The notes under the pieces were generated by a model, which had not been told where the DNA came from, did no database searches, and worked only from the letters and a program-made list of their open reading frames with translations. Of a stretch of DNA of 64,000 nucleotides, positions 48,261-60,611 are shown one piece after another. The translations under genes were made by a program, and so were the position numbers. Source of the stretch: Antedon mediterranea (Eukaryota; Animalia; Echinodermata); assembly GCF_964355755.1 (NCBI RefSeq), contig NC_092678.1:11282352-11346351 (forward strand). The letters run 5' to 3'. Every line of letters starts with the position of its first letter. Within the stretch, counting starts at the first letter, position 1.

Positions 48261-50280
48261 CTAATAAAAACGAATGAAAGTAAGCATTTCGAAGAGTCCA
48301 CTATAAATTGCGAAGGACACTTAACGGATGATCCCAACCTAATTTCAAATCATTTTAATAATTTTTTTGTTAATATTGGACCTACCCTCGCCAAAAATAT
48401 TGACACATCTAATGCAAATTTTAAGGATTACCTCCCTCCGCCATCCACAAATTCTTCATTTCTCAATCCTGTGACTGTTTTTGAGATTATGGATATTGTT
48501 ATGCGCCTCAAAAATAGTAAAGCACCTGGCATTGATGATATTAACCCGTCTATTATTAAACAACTTATCCCTTTTATTTCTGAACCCCTCTGCTACATTT
48601 TCAATCTTTGTTTTATAAATGGCACATTTCCTGACACCCTTAAACTAGCTAAAGTAACTCCTATTTTTAAAACTGGTGACAAATCTGATTCCAGTAATTA
48701 CCGTCCTATATCAGTGCTACCGATCTTTTCTAAAATACTTGAACGCCTTATTTATGATCGAACATACAATTATCTTCAAAAAAATAATATACTTTACAAT
48801 AAACAATTTGGCTTTCGTAAGAACTATAATACATCCACCGCACTTCTTCAATTAACAAATGAAATTGTTGGGGCTTTCGAGAGGGGTGAATTTGCCATTG
48901 GTATTTTTATTGACCTCTCGAAGGCCTTTGATACAATTGATCACGATATTTTATTATATAAGTTACATAATTATGGAATCCGTGGCCCTGTATATAATTT
49001 ATTCAAAACCTAACTTTCAAACCGCAAGCAATGCACTAAATTTAAACACACCCTTTCTGATTTTCTTCCAATTATTTGTGGAGTCCCTCAAGGTTCCCTG
49101 CTTGGGCCTCTATTATTTTTATTATACATAAATGATATCCATAATGCCTCAAATATGTTTTCTTTTCTGTTGTATGCTGATGACACAACCCTAATTTACA
49201 CTGATAAAAATATAGATTCCCTTTTTAAAATGTCAATCGAAAATCTACCCAAAATCTACCCAAAATTTTAACATACTTTTCTGCAAACAAACTTTCTGTT
49301 TTGTTTTGGTGTTCAAAAATTCACAAATACCACTAAATACTAGTACAGTACTTTCAAACTAAAAATTAAAGATCAATTAATACCTATTGTTGAGAAAACT
49401 AAATTTCTAATTTGGAAACATCAGATTACTCAAGTCGAAAACAAAATATCCAAAAGTTCTGGTATCATATAGATTATCATCTTTCATCCCTCAAAACATA
49501 CTCCGGATTCTTTACTGTTCACTAATCCTCCCTTACCTCACTTACTGTAATATTATTTGGGGTAATACATACCCGTCCTACTTAAACAAACTGTTATTGA
49601 TCTAAAAGAAAACCGTAAGATACATAGCAAATGCTCCTCCTTTATCCCATTCCAATCCTTTATTTTCTTCATTTGGTCTTCTTAAAATTCAGGATATTAA
49701 TCATCTTCAACAAAGTGTTTTCCTCTATTCATGGCTAAACTCGATCCTGCCATCACACTTTGATGATTTATTTAGTTTCAATCTTAATTTTCATAACCAC
49801 AGTACTCTGAGCGCAAATCAAATACGTATTCCTTTTTTTTAAACTACTTCTTTTAAACATAGCATTAAGTTCACTGATCCTAAACTCTGGGATAACGTAC
49901 CAGTTAATATAAAAAGTGCTTTGTCTAAGAAGAGTTTTTCTTTTAAATTGAAACGGCACCTCTTATCTAGTTATGTGTAATTATCTTTCACTTATTGTAG
50001 TTTTGATATTTAGTCTTTTCGGTACCCTGAAACTAAAAGTCTTCATTACTGTTTTTGTCCTTTTTCCGGTTCCTGTGTTGTCCTGTTTTTTTTTTTCAGT
50101 TTCTATGGGCTGCCTTATACAAGCTTCGCTTTTTAGGAATGTTGCCCCTCTTATTTTAATCATATTTATTTACTGTTAATTTTTATTTTCTATGAATGAC
50201 AAGAAGAGAAATAAATGTTACTTTGATTTGATTTGATTTGAAAGGCCAAAAGTGCCAAAAGTATAATGTTACAATAATGA

Positions 50281-50666
50281 TACAGACGTCACGACAGTAG
50301 GTGGCGCTGCGTGGTTGCTAGGGCACCCAAAAATGCGTTCAACCTGCCTCCCTGAGTGACTCCAAGGTCACCAATGGTTTAGAATAGGCTATTGAAATAG
50401 GCTTATTGAAGTAGTCATTTTAAAACTTAATAATTTTCAATAAAAACAAACTAAAATTTCAAAAGATCACTAAATATTTGTTTTTAATAATCTATTTATT
50501 CTTCAACTACAGTTTAAGTTAAAAAAAATCAAGCTAAGATACATAATTTGATAGAAATACAGATCTTTACAGTTTATCAACATAGTAGCGTTGAACGCAT
50601 TTTTTGGTTGGCTAGCAACCATGCAGCGCTCTCTATTGTTGTGACGTCACACCGTGATACTCTATA
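50281..50666. mobile_element. MITE with ~60-bp inverted ends
   Basis: GACGTCACGACAGTAGGTGGCGCTGCGTGGTTGCTAG...AAAAATGCGTTCAAC vs GTTGAACGCATTTTT...CTAGCAACCATGCAGCGCTCTCTATTGTTGTGACGTC. Confidence 0.7.
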
Positions 50667-50668
50667 AG

Positions 50669-53272
50669 TAGGTATCCCAATGAAAGCGTACAGAGGGGTA
50701 TCACTTTTGAAATATTAAAAAAATTCGAATAAAGTAGTATGCCTTTGATGGTAAATAAATCGTGTTCACTCTTAATTAATACTTAAAAAATTTATATTGT
50801 TTGAAAGTACTTGTTTTAATCTATGTATAAGTGTGTTTACATTTAAAATTAATGAAGTAGTTGCCGACAAAATGCGATTTTAAAACGGTTCTAAAATCCC
50901 GTCGAGCCGATTTCCGCGCGTTGAAAACCTCATCGGAAAATCCCCTTCAGTTTTCAAAACACGATCGCACGATTACCATTGAAGCTAGCGGATTAATTTT
51001 TGTTGTATTTCAGTATTTATTGGTACTCACTTTCGAATCAGTGGCACACACCTTTCGGTGGTGCGTCCATACAAATATAAACAACAACATATAAAAGGTA
51101 AATGATGATAAAACTTACATAATTAACTTACATTGAACCCCCCCCCCCCCCCAAAAAAAGCACATAACAAAGCAAAAAACAAATGTACAGTAGTAATTGC
51201 ACACTTGAATAGATACTTAAAAACAATAGTATAATGAGCAAATCAATATATCGAAGCAATAGGTCAGTAGTAAATACACATTAGGGCCTACTTACAAAAT
51301 GTCTGACAAGTGACAGAAGAAAAAAAATAACTTATACATAGTAAATAAAACTAAAAAACAATTGAATAACAGTATAAAGATACAATAGGTCAACAGTATA
51401 AAAAAATACATAATCATGATTATTTTTACATAAATCGAGATAAACACAAATATATGTTTATATGTATTTGAAGTTAGATAAGCCAATGAATGATTTTATT
51501 TGCTTAATTAGGCCTAGTTATTGATACAACTAACTAGTCTATCAATTCAAAATTTCAATTAAAAATTTATTAGCATTCACCTTAACATCAAGGTATGGTT
51601 AACAAACAGAAAATAGACAAAAATATAAAAGAAAAAAAACAATAATAAAAGCATTCAATCAATGTAAAAGCCAAATAGGCTAATTATTGGGGTAATGTTG
51701 GTAATTTCTTATATATATATATGTCATCAGGCTTTAACCGATTCACCACGATAAGCGCTTAAAGCCTGTTTTCCTGTCGACGTTATTCAACGTAAACATA
51801 GAAATGTTAACGATTTACAGGAAAAGGGACTTTTTAACTAACGATGACGATACAAAATGTCGGCGATTTACAAGAAAAGGTGTAATAATCGACGGTAATC
51901 GACGCTACAAGTCGCGATCGTTGACAATCGCAAGAGTTGAATCCAGTTCCAGTTCAACTCAATATCGCAACGCTAAAACGTAAGAACTGACCAATCATCA
52001 TGGCGATACAGCACATGACGTCACATAATTGATGGCAAATTCTGCTGAATACATTTATTTTTGTTGCATCGCGGCGAGGTCAAAGCTAGGCCTAGCCTTA
52101 CCAAAGTTACTATAAAATGATGTTCCGGAAAGTAGGCGCGGGGATATTAGGTAGGTCAAGTCTTCAGCCTATTCCAAAATGCTATTTGGACTAGGATAGG
52201 CCTACTGAAAACGAAGAACCATATATATATATATATATATATAGATATTAGTATGCCTAGGCCCACGTGTCTTACACTGTGAGCCTACTGCTAGAGGCAG
52301 GGGAGTCCTCTATTCATTTTTGCGCGTTACGACGACGTCGAGAAAGAAGACCGGAGTTTCAACTCTATCGTTAACATTTCAACTTGATCGTTTTCAAACG
52401 ATCGTCGTTGAACTTTTAACGATTAACGATGATAGCGTCGAATAACGTCGACAGGAAAACAGGCTTAAATGAGCTTTAATTTGATGTGAAAATCGTCTCA
52501 TAAATAGGTTTTTCGTAACGAAAGATCAATTTTGGTGACAAAAAACAATTTTGAATCACCGTTTATGGAAAATATCTATGGATTTTGGTATTAAATTATA
52601 GCTAAATCTACCGTACATTGAAAACGATAAAACATAGATTACAAACGTATTGTGCATGGTAATTGTGCGAACTACATTTTAAAATGGTACATGAGTATGG
52701 ACGGCCATTAGGGCCAAAATAGACAAACGTTGCCGTACGAACACACACACACATTGCCATATGAACAAATTGCCGTATGGTTAAATTGGCGTAAGGACAA
52801 AAATTGGCGTAAGGACACAAATTGGCGTAAGGACAAAAATTTAACAACTTAAAATTGATGTAATGTGCGGAAGATTTATTATGCAAGTATACAATGCAAT
52901 GCGTTAGGTTAAAATGTACTGAAGAAATTTATTAAGCTAATTTACCAACGTTACATAGGTTTCGTTGAGGCTCCAAAAAAAATAGAGTTGTACAACTCTG
53001 TGATATCTATAGGTTTAACAAAATTCAAAACTTTTAACTAATTATTGTAAAAGTTATAACCTTTTAAAAATTCTTCCAATTTTAACTGCAAAAAACACAA
53101 TTTTTAGGCAAAAAATCCTATATTTTTTACCACTTTAAATAACCATAACTTTAGAACGGGTAATCGGATTTCAATCATTTAAATTGCAAAATGCTAATTA
53201 CATTAAGTTCTTTATGGTTAACTGAAAGGAAAAGTAAAAAAATTAATCTGAATTTTTTCATTGGGATACCTA
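50669..53272. mobile_element. Second copy of the 7-bp-TSD element, inverted relative to 46254-48260, with deletions and insertions
   Basis: Same TIR; TSD CTATAAG at 50662-50668 and 53273-53279. Confidence 0.9.
51763..52465. mobile_element. PIF/Harbinger-type MITE
   Basis: TIR AGCCTGTTTTCCTGTCGACGTTATTC; TAA on both sides. Confidence 0.85.
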
Positions 53273-53414
53273 CTATAAGAATTAGTAACAGAACTAATAG
53301 CACTGGTCAAGAATGTTATCTCCTCTGCAACAACTCTCATTTTTACAGAACTTATATATATATATTCCTACTAAACATACATCCACATTTATTTATTTTT
53401 TTTAAGGTTAACTT

Positions 53415-54417
53415 TTAAAATGCGAAAAAATCGAATTGGATAATTTGTGCGCGTTTTTGATCAAAAAGTTCTACAAATTGTCAAAATTATGCCTTTTTTT
53501 AAACACTCGTAGTTTCTAAACTAAACAGTGAAAGTTATTTTTATTACATATTCTGGAAGTTGATGAGTTGTAGATATCGGATCATGCATTAATATGGCTA
53601 ACCGGACATTGTGACATCATCGTATGGCCACCCGAATATAAAATATAGGATTTTTGTCCCTTTCGTTATTGCTCATCACATTCAATGGAGTGCATCACGC
53701 TTATCCGTATTCCAATTTCTCAGAGATTTTAATATTGTCTAGGTCAATCAACTATTTTTTGCATCAGTTAAAAATATTATAATTTTTTGGACGTCATCAT
53801 GCCTAAAACTTTAAATTACGTGGGTCATTAATTTCATCCTTACAGTAAATTTTAATCTGTTATAGCTCGTAAGAAAAAATGCGATAATCACGATTAAAAT
53901 GTTTTCAGGAAGGTATTGCATTTTAGATACGAAATCATGTGAACTTTTCACCAATCGGATGTTGTGACGTCATCATATGGCCCCTTAAATAAAAAAAGTT
54001 GTATTTTCATATTTTGCGTCGTAATTCATTACATTTAAAAAATAAAAAGAGTGCGCATCAATATTTCATGAATTCAAATCTCTTCTAAACGTTAATATGT
54101 TGTTGCTTAGATAATTTCCTTCCGAAATTACTACCTTCTAGTTTATTTTTGAAACCGTCAACATGTTAAAAATTTGAATAAATAGCGGGTCCCGTAATTT
54201 CACCTATTCTACACTGTATGTGATATGTATACAGATTATACTGTGTATACTATATGACACAAAATAGACAGAATTCAGCAATAACAACATCATATTCTTT
54301 AGTTCAGGTCATAATGCTATAATCTTTTTCTGTGTGCAATATTTCAACGTATGACGTGCGCGTGGCGTTTATCGTGCGGATAACTAACTCGTCAAAGTGA
54401 CGAGTTTCATGTCTAGT
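53415..54417 (+). mobile_element. 5'-truncated HINE copy, plus orientation
   Basis: Reverse complement of ~37647-38600; ends GCGGATAACTAACTCGTCAAAGTGACGAGTTTCATGTCTAGT|T. Confidence 0.9.
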
Positions 54418-54479
54418 TATATATATATTTGAATAGTTTGCCAACCGAAGTCGTCATTTCTGAAACCACCAACACATTT

Positions 54480-55870
54480 AAAAACCGATTGGATTCATTT
54501 TAGAAATGAAGTTAAAAGAGTAAACAAGTTTACCTATCAAAACTAATCAGAACCAAATATTCTAAACACTAAGTGGATGATTGATAGAATCATTGGTATC
54601 AAGAAACGCTGTAATTCATTGATAGGTTCTGCATGACATGGTCAGACTGATCACGAATCACACATAAATACACAATATTCTTTCGACCTGACAGATGACA
54701 TTCAAAGTAACAACTTATTAAAAGAAAAAAAACAGTAGAACTTAGAACTTCATGAGCCACTGAGAAAGCATCGCTCTAAACCTTTGCGGATTTCTATAAG
54801 GCAACAGTTTCGATAAAGTATATCAAAACAAAAAAATTGACAGAAAATCTGCTGACCAACCATTGGAGTATGATCATAGCTCAATTTTAATATTAAAATT
54901 AACCAAATCTGACTTCAGATAACTTGATGGATGGCATTGAAATACCCACAGATGTTCCAGAAAACTTTAAAACACGATCGTCATGCACTATAGGATTCAG
55001 TAAACATAGCTGTCAAGCATCTGTTGACTATGGAAGTATTTATGCAAGTTAGATATTTTGTATTTGATCATAAAATTGGAAAAAGCAGTGAAACGATTGA
55101 AACGTACAATGTACAATGTACTAATCTGTACTTCCGTGTGTTAGGAGCCACATTCATTGGTTTGGAGGAGAACAAATATGACAAACATTCTTCTATGTCT
55201 ATCACAAAGAAGCTTATGCAATTATACATGAAAGTTGATGTATGATATGCACTTTGTAACTCCAATAGCAACTGTACTAAAGTATGGACGATGTCTGGTA
55301 TAGTGAACAATAAAGTGGTTGAAAACCTATTAAGACTAATCTAACCAGCTTCCATGCCATTACAGGTTGCAGCACGTCATTATTTAAAGGTTATGGGAAG
55401 AAATCCTACTGGAAATCGTTCTTAACGCATCCACTTCTTGTAAATGGAATTGATTAAGATTAAGATTAAGAATTTGCAAGTACAGTGTACAGTAAAGTTT
55501 ATTTTCCAAATATATGGTACTCTCTTGAGCAGATAACTGTATAATAACAGACTACTCTTTGGAGGATCTTGAAATGCTACCTCCATCTAGACTCAGTTAC
55601 CATATACCATTAACACTAATATATTTAGGGAAACACTTAACATTTAAAAAACTCACCTATAGTGAATACAGACATCTTAGAACCTAACATACGGGCAAAC
55701 TATCAGACATAGATCAGTATGTGGCATATATGAATCGGGTCGTTTGGAAGCCCCAAACCCAGTTGTCAGTTTGGAACTTGTTACATGTGTATGTAAACTA
55801 AAGAGCCAGATGAAGTTGTTACCGAAAGCATGCATGTGTGGTTGTGATTCAATCGTTTGCTGTACCCAGA
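54480..55870 (+). pseudogene. Heavily decayed Academ-type transposase
   Basis: FHAITGCSTSLFKGYGKKSYWKSF (55350), EDLEMLPPSR (55562), IRANYQT (~55689), EAP...LELVTCVCK...ACMCGC Cys-rich tail, in the order expected for Academ transposases. Confidence 0.7.
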
Positions 55871-56061
55871 TGGCCAGTAGGCATTATATCAGTGCTGGAA
55901 AATATACCCACCTCAGAGCGTTTACCTCCTTCCATCCCAGAAAACTCCGGATATTGACATGGGCCCATTACTCCCAACCCACAAATCCTCTGTGACTGTT
56001 TTTAAATGAAATTTAAGACATTCCAGTATGCCTCCAATTTTGGTTATTTTGATACTCTAGA

Positions 56062-56200
56062 GCCCCTTTCTCACAGATGTGCCTGCAATATACCGGTATT
56101 ATGCTGGCGTCGTGCCCGTATTGTTACCGGCATATACCCATTCTCATCGGACTATCGTGCCGGAAATATAACCGGTATATACCGGCTTTCTGTGAGATAT
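56062..56200. mobile_element. Small degenerate MITE
   Basis: TCTCACAGA...ATATACCGGT / ACCGGTATAT...TCTGTGAGA inverted ends. Confidence 0.55.
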
Positions 56201-56307
56201 TCCGCCAATAAAAAGTCTCTGACAAAATAATTATTGAGGGCGTCCTTTATTGTTATTATTTTTGTCTAGCGATATATGGCGGCGAATCTGTCAAGCTCCT
56301 ACCTACA

Positions 56308-57295
56308 CACTACGCACCACTGCAAATCCATGGATGCCACTCGGTGGACAAAATACCTGGATGAACATAGTAGCACCTATTTCGATTTAAAATCTAAATA
56401 GTTTAAATTTTGCAGTCTGCCACAAAGTTTCTGTGGTTAACCATCTTGAGGGTTGATTGATAAAAAGGGGAAGAAATTATGTAAACAAAGTAAAATAGAC
56501 CTTTTTTTTCGGATGTGGGCAATTTATTTAGTTTACATTGACTTGCTTCATTAAAAAACTCCGTCTTTGACCAAAACATATAACAATATTGCCTTGACAA
56601 AGGCTATGTTTATACAACACCCTAAATTTGAACATGTCTTTAATTTTTAGCGCGTTGCACGGGCCGAGGTCAACCCCACAAAAACCTTGCAGTTATACAT
56701 TAAATCGTAATACCGTGTTAGTAGTTCCTAATCCTAAGTTGTATATACGTGCATGCATTATGAATTAATATGAGTTTATTAAGGATTTTAATATTAAGGA
56801 TGATTTCGTTAAAAATTTTGTTTATTCAGTTATTGATTTTTTAAATCTGCTTTTGAAATTAGAAAAAAAAATTGTTTTAGAATTAGGATTAAACTATATG
56901 CTACATTTTGCCAAATTATGCTAACATTTGATTAGCGTTAATGTTGAGTGCTAAATCGGTTAAAATACCCCAAAAAAGCTCAATTATCTACTAGATTTGG
57001 TCAACATTTTCACAGCATATACTTTTATTTAACGAAAGGTCAAAACAATACCCTGAAGACACTTCCAACACGCCAACAGCAACCGGGAATCAACAAAATT
57101 TTAGGATTCAGCCAAGTAGCCTTTTTGCAATTAAAATCTCATTACATGGAATCCTCTTCGATGTTAACACACTTCTCGTAGGCGTGTTGATTATGCGTGT
57201 AATAGCGTGTTGTATAAACGCGCCCAAAGACTTATTCCAGTTCAAATTTGTTCGGCGGAATGGCATCCATAGGATTACGAATATTTCACATAGTT
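56308..57295. mobile_element. Old TIR element, possibly Transib-like
   Basis: AATCCATGGATGCCACTCGGTGGACAAA vs TTTGTTCGGCGGAATGGCATCCATAGGATT; outer ends CACTACG / CATAGTT. Confidence 0.45.
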
Positions 57296-57327
57296 ATCTA
57301 TCTTAAAATGGTGTATAGTAATATATA

Positions 57328-57816
57328 CTCAACAAAGTTCATCTGGTTTTAAATGGATATTCAAAAAATAAATGTTAACTTTTTGGTTAACTTTTCTTTA
57401 TTCTTATTCTTTACTCCATGGTTAAACCAGTTGAAAAGTACTTACTTGCTACGTTTTAGCTACTTTCACTAGCCTTGGTCACGCAAATGACGTTGACATG
57501 GTTCGGTGAATTGCACCATCTCTCGTCTGATGTTCAGCTTTCTGCTGGTGTCCCCCTTTGGATGCTCGGGTGTCCCTTTTTATTAAGTCATCATAGATGT
57601 GGCTCAGTTCATGTCCTCCCTGGTCTCTGTTGATGTTCATAATCGTTTTTCTTATCCAAATGGCTTCTTTTATTTTTCTTGATAAGTAGTGTTGTTCTTT
57701 GTCTAATATTTTTGTATTTTCAAAATCCGGTATGTGGTTTTCTATGCATGACCAAGGCTACTAAAAGTAGCTAAAACGTAGCTGGTTTAACCAAAAAGTT
57801 AACATTTATTTTTTAA
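57328..57816 (-). mobile_element. Short Penelope-like insertion with inverted pLTR piece and 13-bp TSD
   Basis: Minus-strand ENHIPDFENTKILDKEQHYLSRKIKEAIWIRK...NRDQGGHELSHIYDDL; 57745-57819 is inverted vs 57358-57485; ATAGTAATATATA at 57315-57327 and 57817-57829. Confidence 0.88.
57446..57486 (-). ncRNA. Variant minimal hammerhead-like motif in Penelope pLTR
   Basis: UUGC-GUGACCA-A-GGCUA(loop)UAGCU-AAAA-CG-UA-GCAA: type I hammerhead topology at the position expected in PLEs, with a non-canonical core. Confidence 0.5.
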
Positions 57817-58051
57817 ATAGTAATATATAGTTTTGTAAAACACTATGATATTCTCAACTTGCAGTGTAGGTCATTGCTTTTATGAAAACAACTTGTGATG
57901 TCTTTCTATTATTAAGATATTGTCTTTTTCTATTCATTGTATGACATTTTAACACCAACCTCTGTTTTGTATTAATCCTTTTATTTTATTCTATGATTTG
58001 TTGCAATGTACCAAGTAAATTATTAATAGTAATAATTTTTTTTTTCTTCAG

Positions 58052-58213
58052 CATATGAGAAAACAGTAGTTCCCTGGGCACCTGATGCTGATGTGAAGTT
58101 TTGTCCAAGCTGTGGTAGAAAGTTTAATCTTGCCGTCAGACGCCACCATTGTCGACTCTGTGGCAGTATCATTTGCAAAGACTGTTCTGAGTTTCTCTCA
58201 GATGAACTATGTG
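58052..58213 (+). CDS. RBSN: Rabenosyn-5 coding exon 4 (FYVE domain core)
   Basis: (A)YEKTVVPWAPDADVKFCPSCGRKFNLAVRRHHCRLCGSIICKDCSEFLSDELC; WxxD and RRHHCR motifs; strong polypyrimidine acceptor; phase 1-1. Confidence 0.97.
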
Positions 58214-58477
58214 GTAACATATCTTTTGTACCTATCTATCAACTATCCTTTTGATACTGTAGGCGAGTAAAATGCAATTCCTTTGTTCAAATTCTTTCTC
58301 AAACCTACAAACGTAAACAAAACATTTTGTTTATCCATCTCAGGTTGATTAAAAAATGATGTTATTTGTAATTACCTTAAAGTACAACTTTATTGAGAAC
58401 CATATTTTGACAACATAATTAGGGATGCACATATGATTTCAGAATAATTGTGTGATTTACGATACCTGTCGCCTTAA

Positions 58478-58881
58478 AGGCCAGGTACGGGCAAAAAATT
58501 TCTATTGATCATACATTCCAATAATTATCGATCTAAGTTTCCCCTATGTTTCATAATTGTTTGGGATTTTATTTGTGTCACACGAGCTTGTTGAAAATAA
58601 GCACTTTCTTATCAGTAATAAGATAGATAGTTCAAATTACACAGTAAAATCTCTATTCTTTTGTACACAAATTTTGTAAATAGAGAGGCAATTTAAAAAG
58701 CTATGAAAACTAAACAGTGTGGTAAAAAATGTTATCAGATCACTAAATATAGGTAGTATAACTTGAATTTTACCATATTAAGGGAAATTCATGTTTTTTG
58801 GTCTTGATTTTTGTTACAAATATTTGATTTATCTACAATTTACCAGATATTATATTTAAAATTCATGCCTGTACCTAAGCT
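58478..58881. mobile_element. Kolobok-type MITE
   Basis: TTAA on both sides; purine-start TIRs AGGCCAGGTACGGGCA / TGCCTGTACCTAAGCT. Confidence 0.7.
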
Positions 58882-59249
58882 TTAAATTGCTGTGATGTCA
58901 AGCAAAATCTACCTCATGAGTTTTTCACTGTTGTTTACATACAAGAGATAGGTGCCTGACATTTCAAATAATTTTAGCTGCATTATACTATAGGCTTAAA
59001 TTTTTATTTATTTTATTTCATCAAAACCAACAGCAACGAAAGTTGCCACTTAAAGGTATGAAACCGAAAACAGATTCAATAAATACTCTATATGAAGCAA
59101 ACTTAAATAAATAAGTAAATAGTAAAAGTCTATTGAGCACAATTATTTAAAAAAAGAATACAATGAAGAATAACTATTTAAAAAAATATCAACATTTACA
59201 TTAGACTCACTTAAATCGGGCTGCCAGGTTAATTTACCAAGTACCTATG

Positions 59250-59690
59250 TTTGTTAGTTCTAGACCTCTGCTTTATGAATTGCATTGGCTACCTGTTGAA
59301 AGTAGAATCACTTTTAAAGTGTTACTTCATGTCAACAATTGTATAAATAATAATGCGCCCTGTTATCTGAGCAATCTCTTACGGGTGTATAGATGTGCTA
59401 CTGTAAGAGAGGCCTGAGGTCCGAGATAGATCACACTAGATTGGATCACTGTCTCGAAAAGCGGACCTCTGGAAATAATACTTTCTCAAAATTTGGAACG
59501 GTGATGTGGAACGAACTCCCGTCTGTGATCCGGAAACAAACCACGGTTTTAAAATTTAAAAAAGCCCTCAAAACACATCTATTTCCTAAGAAGTGAATCA
59601 TTGTTGGGTGTGCTGATGTAAAGCGCTTTGATCATTTTATACTAATTTGGAAAAGCGCTATATAAATAAAATAATAATAATAATAATAAT
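59250..59690 (+). mobile_element. 3' end of an L2 LINE
   Basis: LYELHWLPVESRITFKVLL...WNELPSVIR...FKKALKTHLF; AAGCGCTATATAAAT followed by (AAT)n tail. Confidence 0.9.
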
Positions 59691-60611
59691 TAAATAGTTA
59701 TACAAAGAAGGCAAACGTGAAGTGTGTTTCCATTGTAAGGTAAACTTTCATTGTTTGTATATTTAACATTTATCATAAATATTGGGTATGTATGTATTTA
59801 TAAATATTTTGACTAATAATAGTCGAAAGACGATAGACATCGATAGAGGCCTAGGCCTTACCTTTGAAATGTTGATATTTTTTTTCTCTTTAGCCTCCAT
59901 ATGCGCTCATCTATCGCTGCTTGTTGCAGGTCTCTCCATGTCATCGGATACTGTTGGGGTAGCATTTAATGTTTTTTATAGCTTGAAAAATCAAATAATG
60001 TAGAGACAGCATCTCCTTGTGAAAATTAGCAGGGTTTTATTTTTAAAAGCTCTGCTTTTAAGTCTCACATACAGTAGCCCTCTGTGAAAGTGATGTTTCG
60101 TTGTTAACACGTTGTGACGAATGGAAAAGTTTCTTATAACAGTTTTTTGATAATGAACCCAAACTGAATCCAGTTTCAGTATACTGCTTCCAGGCGAAGC
60201 AGTATATGAGAGACATGTGAAATATTGTTGCCGACCTGAAGAAATTAATCAATCTAGAGTACTCTAGGATATTGTAATGATTTTGGGGTAGAAGGAACAG
60301 ATAGAGGGCGGCAGATGGAGGCAGAGTTAGGCAGGAGGAGAAGCAGAGAACGGACGTGAGAAAAAGGGCAGAGAGGGATTGGAGAAGGAAGACAATGGAG
60401 GGTTACCTCGAGCTGGGTTAAAAAGGAGAGAGAGATTGGGGCTGGAAAAGCGGAGAAGCAGGGAGAAGACATGTTAAATAAGTAGGGACATTAGAGAAAT
60501 TGGAAAACAAAGTGTAGAGAAGATTAGAGAAAAGAAAGAGAAAATTAGAGTTGAATAATAAAAGGAGAGTTAAGACACAGCAGGTACAGCCTACCGCTTG
60601 TGCTACTGTTG

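Larger units (their letters stand above)
43020..50240 (+). mobile_element. Near full-length ORF2 of a CR1/L2-group (Crack/Daphne-like) LINE, interrupted by two DNA transposons
   Basis: MNP...DFDPDTNFF, HINSRSL, VSETWL, GGGVGLY, IYRAP, LGDFNIDL, KAPGIDDI, NYRPISVLP, DLSKAFDT, GVPQGSLLGP, YADDT; AATAAA plus (ATTTG)n tail at 50210-50240. Confidence 0.95.

Noticed and set aside
44989-49970. Active LINE ORF2
   Set aside because: Multiple frameshifts and stops plus two transposon insertions; none of the RT or transposase frames in the window is intact
58023-58220. Minus-strand 65-aa ORF
   Set aside because: Antisense shadow of the FYVE exon
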